Assembly (NCBI GenBank): GCA_044236665.1
Contig: JBIIGF010000001.1
Span: 1 to 61,867 of the forward strand
Direction of reading: 5' to 3'
From: Aestuariivirga sp.
Lineage (GTDB): Bacteria > Pseudomonadota > Alphaproteobacteria > Rhizobiales > Aestuariivirgaceae
Length of the DNA stretch: 61,867 nt
In this document: positions 17,620 through 25,511 of the stretch, piece by piece
Layout of the letters: the number at the start of each line of letters is the position of its first letter
Position numbering within the stretch: the first letter of the stretch is position 1
Translations under genes and position numbers: made by a program
Notes under the pieces: model-generated
What the model was told of the DNA's origin: nothing
Database searches by the model: none
What the model saw: only the letters and a program-made list of their open reading frames with translations

Positions 17620-18113
17620 TCCTCAACGGCAAGTATCTCCTCGAGGCTGCGCCCATCAAGGACATGCTGACGACCAAGGAGCGCGCCAATGGCGTGTCTC
17701 ACGGCCTCGGCGAGGCCGGGTACGACATCAGGCTCAAGCAGACCATCGAGTTCCGCCGCAGCGACGACCCCCGTTATGGGCCGCGCGTCTATGTCAACGG
17801 CATCGACAAGGCTGGCAACTTCACGATTGCCTCGACCATCGAGGAGTTTCAGATGCCCGACTACCTCGTGGGCATCGTGCATGACAAGTCGACGTGGGCC
17901 CGGCGCGGCCTGTCGGTCTTTAACACGGTCATCGAGCCGGGTTGGAATGGTTTCCTGACCCTCGAGCTGGTTTATCACGGGCCGGGCAACCTTCTGATCC
18001 CCGCAGGCGCGGGCATTGCGCAGGTCGTTTTCCACCATCTGGTGGAGAATGTATCGTACGAAGGAAAGTACCAGAACCAAGAAGACAAGCCGGTGGGGGC
18101 GATCAATGGCTAA
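17616..18113 (+). CDS. dcd: dCTP deaminase / dUTPase superfamily protein
   Basis: 'AGYDIRL', 'HDKSTWARRGL', 'VIEPGWNGFLTLEL', 'GIAQVVF', 'YEGKYQNQ'. Confidence 0.85.
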   Translation: MILNGKYLLEAAPIKDMLTTKERANGVSHGLGEAGYDIRLKQTIEFRRSDDPRYGPRVYVNGIDKAGNFTIASTIEEFQMPDYLVGIVHDKSTWARRGLSVFNTVIEPGWNGFLTLELVYHGPGNLLIPAGAGIAQVVFHHLVENVSYEGKYQNQEDKPVGAING

Positions 18114-18504
18114 GTGGCGCGAGATGGATAAATGCGAAAACTGCGGGGCACCGACTGATAGCCACATGCACACTCTGGTGTGCTGCAATCCCGCTATGGT
18201 GGAAGAGCCTGAGGTTGCAGTGGTAGACGACTATTACTCCCTGCGCTACGTCCTGAAGATGGCGCTCGAACAGGCGTCCGTTGGCAAGGGCAAAGATCGC
18301 CATGCCAACGACAAGCCCTTTGACCGGCAGCCCATGATGGAGATCGGTCGCATGGTTGGTCCGGGGTTCTGCCTTGGTCAGGCCATCAAGAAGGCGCAGG
18401 AGGCAAGTCGCATGGAACCCGATGCGGCTCAGCGCGAATTGCTGGGCGCGATCAACTACCTTGCGGGTGCCTACCTTCTACTGGAAGAAATCGAGGCGAC
18501 CTGA
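18106..18504 (+). CDS. Hypothetical all-alpha phage protein
   Basis: Coupled ORF; 'GKGKDRHA...GQAIKKAQE...RELLGAINYLAG'. Confidence 0.65.
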   Translation: MAKWREMDKCENCGAPTDSHMHTLVCCNPAMVEEPEVAVVDDYYSLRYVLKMALEQASVGKGKDRHANDKPFDRQPMMEIGRMVGPGFCLGQAIKKAQEASRMEPDAAQRELLGAINYLAGAYLLLEEIEAT

Positions 18505-18543
18505 TAAGATCGCCCGCAACCTGACCCCTGAAGGGACCATGAT

Positions 18544-20865
18544 ATGCCTCTCGTTCCCGGCCTAAACCCTGCCGTACGCCTTGAACATGACCCCGAAGAC
18601 GCTGCAATCTCTGCAATGGACGTCACGGTTGAGAACACCAACGAGGACGTCGACGTCCCTCAGTTTTCGGACGACGGATCGCTTCTGAGCATCGAGCACG
18701 GCGACGGGTCGATCACCATTTCGCTGGACGGCAAGCCGATCTCCGAGAACGAGGAGGAGAAGGACACCCGCTGGTTCCGCAACCTCGTCGACGACATCGA
18801 CGATCAGGAACTGAGCATCATCTCTGAAGACCTTCTGCGGGGCATCGCCGATGACCTCGAGAGCCGCCGGGACTGGGTCGATGACCGCGCGCAGGGCATG
18901 AAGCTTCTGGGCCTCAAGATCGAGTTGCCGGGCATTCAGGGCAGCAATGACGGTGCGCCGGTCGAAGGTATGTCAAAGGTCCGGCACCCGCTCTTGCAGG
19001 AAGCCGTGCTGCGCTTCCAAGCCAACGCCCGCTCCGAGATGCTGCCGACCGACGGCCCGGTGAAGATCAGGGACGACGGCAACTCCAGCTCGGCTGAGCG
19101 CGACAACATCGCCGATGCCTTTGAGAAGGACTTCAACCACTACCTGACGTCCACCGCGACCGAGTACTACCCGGACACGGATCGCATGTTCCTCATGCTG
19201 GGCTTCGGCGGCACGGCGTTCAAGAAGGTGTACTTCTGCCCGTTGCGCAATCGCCCGGTCTCCGAGAGCGTCAACGCGGACGACCTGATCGTCAACAACG
19301 CGGCCACCGACCTGTCCAACTCGCGCCGGGTCACGCACCGCGTCTATCTCAAGCCGTCGACCGTGAAGCGCCTGCAAATCCTTGGCGTGTACCGCGACAT
19401 CGAGCTTTCGACCCCAGTGTCGCCCAGCCCGGACAGCGTTCAGGAAGCCAAAGCCTCCCAGCAGGGCGTGTCGATTGACAGCTCGAACCCGGATGACCGC
19501 GACCGCGAGATTTACGAGGTCTACTGCGAACTGGACCTCAAGGGCTTTGAGCACAAGTACAAGGGCAAGACCTCCGGTCTGGAAATCCCGTATCGCGTGA
19601 CCATCGACGTGTCGTCGCGTGAGGTGCTGAGCATCGTACGGAACTACAATGAAGAAACCGAAGTGCTGCCCGAGGCTCGCAAGACCTTCGTCAAGTACAC
19701 CTTCGTACCGGGCTTTGGCTTCTACGACATCGGCCTGTTGCACATCCTCGGTAACACCACCAACGCGGTCACCGCAGCGTGGCGCGAGCTTCTGGACGCG
19801 GGCATGTTTGCAAACTTCCCCGGCTTCCTGATCTCGGACACCGGATCGCGCCAGAACACCAACGTGTTCCGCATCCCGCCCGGCGGTGCCGCGCAGGTCA
19901 AGACGGGTGGCCAGCCCATCGGCCAAGCCATCATGCCGCTGCCCTACAAGGAGCCGTCACAGGCGCTGATGGCGCTGACCGAGAACATGGCCCAGACCGG
20001 TGCCCGCGTCGGCGGCACGTCGGAGCTGCAGGTTGGCGAGGGTCGCCCGGATGCCCCGGTCGGCACCACGCTGGCCATGATCGAGCAGGCCACCAAGGTG
20101 CTCAACTCGGTCCACAAGCGGATGCACTCGGCTCAGGCCGAGGAGTTCGCCCTCCTGCGCGATTGCTTCCGTGAGCATCCCGAGAGCTTCTGGGAGCGCA
20201 ACCGCAAGCCCACCGTCGAGTGGAACCTCGAGCTTCTGATGAGAGCCTTGGATGACGTCGAGCTGGTGCCTCAGGCCGACCCGAACACCGCCAGCCACGC
20301 CCAGCGCGTCATGAAGATCATGGCTCTGAAGCAGCTGCAGTCGGCAAGCCCCGCCCTTTACGACCCCGTGGCCGTCGACACGGCTGCCTTGCGCGCCATC
20401 GGCTGGTCGAACCCCGAGCAGTTCCTCAAGCCTGAGGGTGATCGCAACCAGCCGCCGCCGGAACTCCTCAAGGGTATCGAGGAGATCAAGATCGCCAAGC
20501 AGAAGGCCGACGCCGACACGCTGCGGGCGCAGGCTGACATGCTGAAGGCCCAGAAACCCGAGGTCGCTCGGGCGCAAGGCGGTCCGGTTGGCACCGACCC
20601 GGCTGAGCTGCAGCTGAAGATGATGGCCGAGCAGAACCGGGCCAAGCAGATCGAGCACTCGATCCGCCGTGACGCGATGAACGACGAGAACCGCGATCTG
20701 GACCGCGAGAAAGACCTGCGGACTAAGCAGATGGACTTGGACCGCGACCAGATGAACGACGCCGTTCGCATGCAGCACGAGCGCGACATGCAGGAGCGCG
20801 ACCATGCGGCTGAGGCTGTCAAGCTCGCCATGCAACTGAGGGCCCAGAAGAGAAAGGGTGACTGA
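18544..20865 (+). CDS. Portal protein (podovirus-type, long C-terminal coiled coil)
   Basis: 773 aa after terminase; 'HPLLQEAVLRFQA', 'GTAFKKVY', 'PGFGFYDIGL', 'APVGTTLAMIEQ'. Confidence 0.88.
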   Translation: MPLVPGLNPAVRLEHDPEDAAISAMDVTVENTNEDVDVPQFSDDGSLLSIEHGDGSITISLDGKPISENEEEKDTRWFRNLVDDIDDQELSIISEDLLRGIADDLESRRDWVDDRAQGMKLLGLKIELPGIQGSNDGAPVEGMSKVRHPLLQEAVLRFQANARSEMLPTDGPVKIRDDGNSSSAERDNIADAFEKDFNHYLTSTATEYYPDTDRMFLMLGFGGTAFKKVYFCPLRNRPVSESVNADDLIVNNAATDLSNSRRVTHRVYLKPSTVKRLQILGVYRDIELSTPVSPSPDSVQEAKASQQGVSIDSSNPDDRDREIYEVYCELDLKGFEHKYKGKTSGLEIPYRVTIDVSSREVLSIVRNYNEETEVLPEARKTFVKYTFVPGFGFYDIGLLHILGNTTNAVTAAWRELLDAGMFANFPGFLISDTGSRQNTNVFRIPPGGAAQVKTGGQPIGQAIMPLPYKEPSQALMALTENMAQTGARVGGTSELQVGEGRPDAPVGTTLAMIEQATKVLNSVHKRMHSAQAEEFALLRDCFREHPESFWERNRKPTVEWNLELLMRALDDVELVPQADPNTASHAQRVMKIMALKQLQSASPALYDPVAVDTAALRAIGWSNPEQFLKPEGDRNQPPPELLKGIEEIKIAKQKADADTLRAQADMLKAQKPEVARAQGGPVGTDPAELQLKMMAEQNRAKQIEHSIRRDAMNDENRDLDREKDLRTKQMDLDRDQMNDAVRMQHERDMQERDHAAEAVKLAMQLRAQKRKGD

Positions 20866-23807
20866 TGGACAAGGACAAGGCGATCCGGGCGGCAAAGCTT
20901 ACCCTCGGCGGCATGCTTGAGAAGCGCCGGGCCAAGACCGCTGTTGAGCGGGCTGAGGGCCAGATCGCCCCGTCTAAGTACCTTCCGGGCGTCCCGCGTC
21001 AGGTGCATGCCAACGGCGGCTATGTCCCAGCCGCAGCGCTGCCGGTGGGCCGCCTTGCGGTCGCCGGTGCCCTGCCGGTGCAGCGCCAGCCGGGCCTCCT
21101 TGACGCCCTCGGCAGCCTCGCCAGCATCGGCAAGTCCGCCATCGGCATCGCTGATCTGGTGTCGCCCGAGAAGGAAGAAGCGCCCAAGCCCCACGCTGGG
21201 CGCGCTGAGGCTGAAGGTGGCATGTCCCCTGAGGCCGTGTCCGCCTACAACGCCCTGCTGGAAGCCTATGGCAAGCCGCTGACCGTTGTCTCCGACTATC
21301 GCACGCCGAGCGAAAACGCCGCCGCGAAGGGTGCCAAAGGCAGCCAGCACATGCATGGCAACGCCTACGACATCGACACGTCGCATCTGTCACATGACGA
21401 GCGTCTGGCCCTCGCAGACGCAGCATGGGACGCAGGGTTTCGGGGCTTCGGCTTCTACGACAACAACATGCACTTCGACGTCGGCGGCGAGCGCGCATGG
21501 GGCCCGTCCCACAGCCGCGACAGCATCCCCGACTGGGCGCTGCCGTGGGCGCAGCAGCGGTATGGGTATGCCGAAGGCGGCGAAGTCACCGATCTGGGTC
21601 AGGTGCGCGAGCAAAAGCAGCTGCAGACGTTCCACACCGGCATGATGGACGACATCCACACCCGGATGACCCACGCCATGGAGGCGCACCAGAAGGCGGT
21701 CGACGCCGGTGTGTTCGACGGCTACGAGGTCGGCGATACCCTGCAGGGCAGCGCGCACCCCATGCGTATCACCGGACGATACATGCAGGCGTGGAAGCCC
21801 ACCACCATGGCCCTGCGCAGCTTTGAGCGGATGGGCACCGACCCAACGATCATCGAGCACGAGGGCAAACAGTACATCCCGATGCTTCGGTATCAGACCG
21901 GCAAAGAGGGTGTAGACGGGTTCCAAGAGGGAACCGCGTACCTCGACGGCGTCAGGGCCGCTGGCTACCAGAAGATGGGTGGTCTGCGGGCAGTGAAGGC
22001 TCGTGGTGGCGCTGTGGAGTTCATGCGGGGCAACCACCCGCTGGTGCCTGACGAGCTGTATCACGGTAGCGCACCGAAGGTGGCCACCAAGGGCTGGACA
22101 ACCGAGGTTGACGAAGAGCAGACCCAAAAGAACATCGAGGCGCAGGACTTCCGCGAGTTCCGTCCGTCGGAGCATGGTAACTACGGCCCCGGCATCTACC
22201 TGACCGACAAACCTGAGGTTGCCAGCGATTTCGCGCAAGGTATTCGCGCTGACCAAAAAGAACCTCGCCCGCATGGGCAGGTCATGAAGCTGCATGCCAG
22301 CATCAAGCAGCCGTTTCATGATGACGTACTGCGAAATCCGGCGTGGCGGGATTACATCAAGAGCGCCCTGACCCAATACAGCATCTCGCATGGTGAGGAT
22401 CGCAATGCGCGGGACGCCATCCTGAAGGCGCTGGACAACGGCACCGCAACCGTGCGCGATCTGTTTCTGCGCGACACGCCGCAAGGCACTTTGGTCAACC
22501 AGCATGGCCAGCACGACATCCACGACACCATTCGCAATTCCGGTTTCGATGGGATCATTGCGCACCGGCCCGACGGATCGAAAGAATATGTCGCGTTCAA
22601 GCCCGAGCAGGTGAAGAGCGCGATCTCGGCCCGAAAGTTTGACCCCACCAGCCCGGACATGACGTATGCTGACGGCGGCGCTGTCCCGCAGAAGACCGTG
22701 AAGGCCTACAAGCTGTTCCGCACCAAGGGTGACGGCAAGCTGTACCCGCTGTTCGTCAACGCCGACAAGCCCGTGCCGATGGGCGAGTGGCTTGAGGCCG
22801 AAGAGGGCCCGCAGGGCAAGGCGCAGGGCAGGGTGAAGTCCAAGATCGGCGATCTCGCATACCGACCCGGCTGGCATGCTGGCGATCTGCCCATTGCAAC
22901 CCACATCGGCGGCAAGTCCGACCCGAGCCTGAAGAAGCCCGATTACCGGCCCGACAACCACGTCTGGGCCGAGGTCGAGATGGCAGCCGACAAAGACTGG
23001 CAGTCGGTGGCCAACAGCCGTGGCAAGGGTGTGAAGGCCCACATCACCGACCAAGTACCTCTGGGTGGGTTCTATCGGTACAAGACCAACCCGAACATGA
23101 CCGGGAACTGGCTGATCGGCGGCAACATGAAGGTCAATCGTGTCCTGCCGGACGAAGAGGTCAAGGCCATCAACGACGCCGCTGGAACAGCCGACCTGCC
23201 GCGACTGCCGCGTGGCGCGTTCGCCGCTGGTGGTGCCGCCATGTTCGAGGGCATCCACGAAGACCTGCAGGACGAGCAGGGAAACCCTCTGGAACTCTGG
23301 CACGGCACACCCAGTGAGCCGTTCAGCGAGTTCAAGGACGAGAAGCTGGGATCGACCCGCGACTATGGGTTCTATGGGCGTGGGCATTACCTGACGCCGG
23401 ATCGTGAGAACGCCGAGGAGTACACGACAAACGAGTATGAGAAGCCCGGCGCAGTTATGGGCCCGCTCCACGCAGCCTTAAAGAACCCCTACGTCTGGGA
23501 TGCATCTGAGCAGGGCGCGCACCGCACACTGCGCGACCTGCAGTCCATGGGCATCATGAAGGGTCAAGACAGGCTCGAGCCATGGGACAACCTGCAGTCA
23601 CACCATATCCGCCCATTTATGGCTGAGATGCAAAAACGTGGCCATGATGGTGTTGTGGTTCGTACGAACGACTATCATGAGGGCAAGCCGCACCGCGTCT
23701 CCGAGATCGTCGTTTTCAAGCCCAGCGCGATCAAGCACAAAGACGCTGCGGTCTTCGACCCGAACGACCCAAACATCTATCGAGCCAATGGCGGAGCGAT
23801 CAAATGA
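20865..23807 (+). CDS. Polyvalent protein: M15-like peptidase, unknown module, ART-PolyVal-like domain, unknown module, second ART-PolyVal-like domain
   Basis: 'SDYRT..N...GAKGSQHMHGNAYD...HFD' (M15); two 'xHG[ST]...G[IH]YLT...G[FH]DG[IV]...E[YI]VxFKP' domains; modules separated by xAxGGx[VAI]. Confidence 0.75.
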   Translation: MDKDKAIRAAKLTLGGMLEKRRAKTAVERAEGQIAPSKYLPGVPRQVHANGGYVPAAALPVGRLAVAGALPVQRQPGLLDALGSLASIGKSAIGIADLVSPEKEEAPKPHAGRAEAEGGMSPEAVSAYNALLEAYGKPLTVVSDYRTPSENAAAKGAKGSQHMHGNAYDIDTSHLSHDERLALADAAWDAGFRGFGFYDNNMHFDVGGERAWGPSHSRDSIPDWALPWAQQRYGYAEGGEVTDLGQVREQKQLQTFHTGMMDDIHTRMTHAMEAHQKAVDAGVFDGYEVGDTLQGSAHPMRITGRYMQAWKPTTMALRSFERMGTDPTIIEHEGKQYIPMLRYQTGKEGVDGFQEGTAYLDGVRAAGYQKMGGLRAVKARGGAVEFMRGNHPLVPDELYHGSAPKVATKGWTTEVDEEQTQKNIEAQDFREFRPSEHGNYGPGIYLTDKPEVASDFAQGIRADQKEPRPHGQVMKLHASIKQPFHDDVLRNPAWRDYIKSALTQYSISHGEDRNARDAILKALDNGTATVRDLFLRDTPQGTLVNQHGQHDIHDTIRNSGFDGIIAHRPDGSKEYVAFKPEQVKSAISARKFDPTSPDMTYADGGAVPQKTVKAYKLFRTKGDGKLYPLFVNADKPVPMGEWLEAEEGPQGKAQGRVKSKIGDLAYRPGWHAGDLPIATHIGGKSDPSLKKPDYRPDNHVWAEVEMAADKDWQSVANSRGKGVKAHITDQVPLGGFYRYKTNPNMTGNWLIGGNMKVNRVLPDEEVKAINDAAGTADLPRLPRGAFAAGGAAMFEGIHEDLQDEQGNPLELWHGTPSEPFSEFKDEKLGSTRDYGFYGRGHYLTPDRENAEEYTTNEYEKPGAVMGPLHAALKNPYVWDASEQGAHRTLRDLQSMGIMKGQDRLEPWDNLQSHHIRPFMAEMQKRGHDGVVVRTNDYHEGKPHRVSEIVVFKPSAIKHKDAAVFDPNDPNIYRANGGAIK

Positions 23808-25471
23808 ACAAGCACGGCCTCTATTCCAAAGCCGCTGAGATCATCCGCTCCCTGCCGCAGGAGAGGGGCACGGTCGATCAGTACATCGCCGCAGCCAAGG
23901 CCCGTGGCGCGAAGCCGTCCGAACTGGAGCATGCCGGACGCCCCGAGGGTGACAAGATCACCCGCGAGGCGCTGGCCAAGCACTTTGAAGACGCCATCCC
24001 GAACCTTGGCGTCTCCCAGTACGGCGAGAACCCCCGCTACACGACCAACGAGGAAAACAAGCGGTTCCGTGACATTCCAGCCGGAGCAGAACTGTCTCCG
24101 CAGGAGAAGCTTGAGTACAACCGCCACATTCAGCGGAGCACGAGCAGACCCGAAGCTGAAACCTCACAATATGAAGGCGACGAAGACTATTTTGACACAG
24201 CCGACACGCAATATGGGGCCTACACAATCCCCGGCGGGAAGGACTATCGCGAACGCCTGATCCGGCTGGAAAGACCCAAAGGCTCCAATGAGCCGAGCTT
24301 TCGTTCATCCCACTGGTCCGATCATCCGAACGTGCTGGCCCACATCCGTATGTCCGACCGTATGGTTGGCGAGGATCGCGAAACTGTGCGGCCCATCGCT
24401 CAAAAGCTGGCAGATCATTTTAAGGTTGGGATCAGAGACCTCGGATCGTACGCCGCAGATCAGGGCGTCAAAGACGGCGTGGTTTCTCCGAAAGAGGCGG
24501 CCTCGTTTGCGCGGGTCATGAACTTCCCGTTCAGCAAGTACCACTCGGCTCCGGGTATCGGAAAACGCCTGTTACACGTCGAGGAGCTGCAGTCCGACTG
24601 GGGCCAAGATGGGCGCGATCAGGGGTTCAATACTGGAGAGGCGACAAAGGCCTATCAAGACCACACCCAAGGTGTAAAAGACCGTTTCCGCCAAAAGCTG
24701 TCGTGGATGGGGGACGATGCCGCCATTGAGAAAAGGATGGCGGAGACCCCTGTCAGCGAAATGGCCGCCCACACCGGCGATCTGGACCGGCATAGGGAGC
24801 TTGGCAAGGCCGCCGCCGACGAGCGTGGCAAGGCACCAACCGCCCCTTACGTCCAGAACACCCAGCACTGGACCGATCTTGCGCTGAAGAACGTCCTGCG
24901 CGAGGCCGCACTGGGCAACTATGACGGCGTGGTCTTTACCCCCGGACAGGCGCAGGCCGACCGCTACGGGCTGGAGAAGCAGCTTGATAAACTGCAGTAT
25001 GTGCCAAGCCAAAAAGAGCTTCGCGGCTTCAAGGATGGCACTTCGGTCGTGCACAAGGTGGGTATTGCACCAGAAGACCTACCGGGCCTGATTGGCAAGG
25101 ACGCAACTGGCAAGATGCTTCACCCCGACAACACGTTCACAGCCTCGGGCGAGCACACCTCAGTTAATGCAGGCGATCAGTACCACATGCTTCAGGGCGA
25201 CGACCTGAAAATGGGCGGCGAGGGCATGAAGGGTTATTACGACAACATCGTGCCGAAGAGCGTGATGACCTTGGCCAAACAGCACGACCCGGCGGCCAAG
25301 CCCGGCGAACCAATCACGCTCAAAAGCGATGATGGCGACTATCAGGGCTTCCACCTGCCGATGACTGACACCCTGAAGAACAGCGTCCTCGACAAGGGCT
25401 TCCCAGCCTTCAAGCGGGGCGGTTCGGTCGACGCAGCCCTCTCCCTGACCAGACGCTTCACCAAGCGGTGA
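23804..25471 (+). CDS. Large polyvalent-protein-type domain, probable internal virion protein
   Basis: 'PGGKDYRE', 'SHW..PNVLAHIR..DR', 'LHVEELQSDW', 'LALKNVLREAA..YDGV'; C-terminal FKRGGSV. Confidence 0.65.
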   Translation: MNKHGLYSKAAEIIRSLPQERGTVDQYIAAAKARGAKPSELEHAGRPEGDKITREALAKHFEDAIPNLGVSQYGENPRYTTNEENKRFRDIPAGAELSPQEKLEYNRHIQRSTSRPEAETSQYEGDEDYFDTADTQYGAYTIPGGKDYRERLIRLERPKGSNEPSFRSSHWSDHPNVLAHIRMSDRMVGEDRETVRPIAQKLADHFKVGIRDLGSYAADQGVKDGVVSPKEAASFARVMNFPFSKYHSAPGIGKRLLHVEELQSDWGQDGRDQGFNTGEATKAYQDHTQGVKDRFRQKLSWMGDDAAIEKRMAETPVSEMAAHTGDLDRHRELGKAAADERGKAPTAPYVQNTQHWTDLALKNVLREAALGNYDGVVFTPGQAQADRYGLEKQLDKLQYVPSQKELRGFKDGTSVVHKVGIAPEDLPGLIGKDATGKMLHPDNTFTASGEHTSVNAGDQYHMLQGDDLKMGGEGMKGYYDNIVPKSVMTLAKQHDPAAKPGEPITLKSDDGDYQGFHLPMTDTLKNSVLDKGFPAFKRGGSVDAALSLTRRFTKR

Positions 25472-25511
25472 TGATCTGATATGCTCCCCGGCAACGTACA
25501 GGGGGCCATCT

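Noticed and set aside
21390-23471. 693-aa minus-strand ORF, and other long antisense ORFs (12752-13924, 28243-29571, 8378-9631, 26730-27824)
   Set aside because: They are shadows of well-supported genes on the opposite strand, expected from high GC3 bias; no motifs or RBS.
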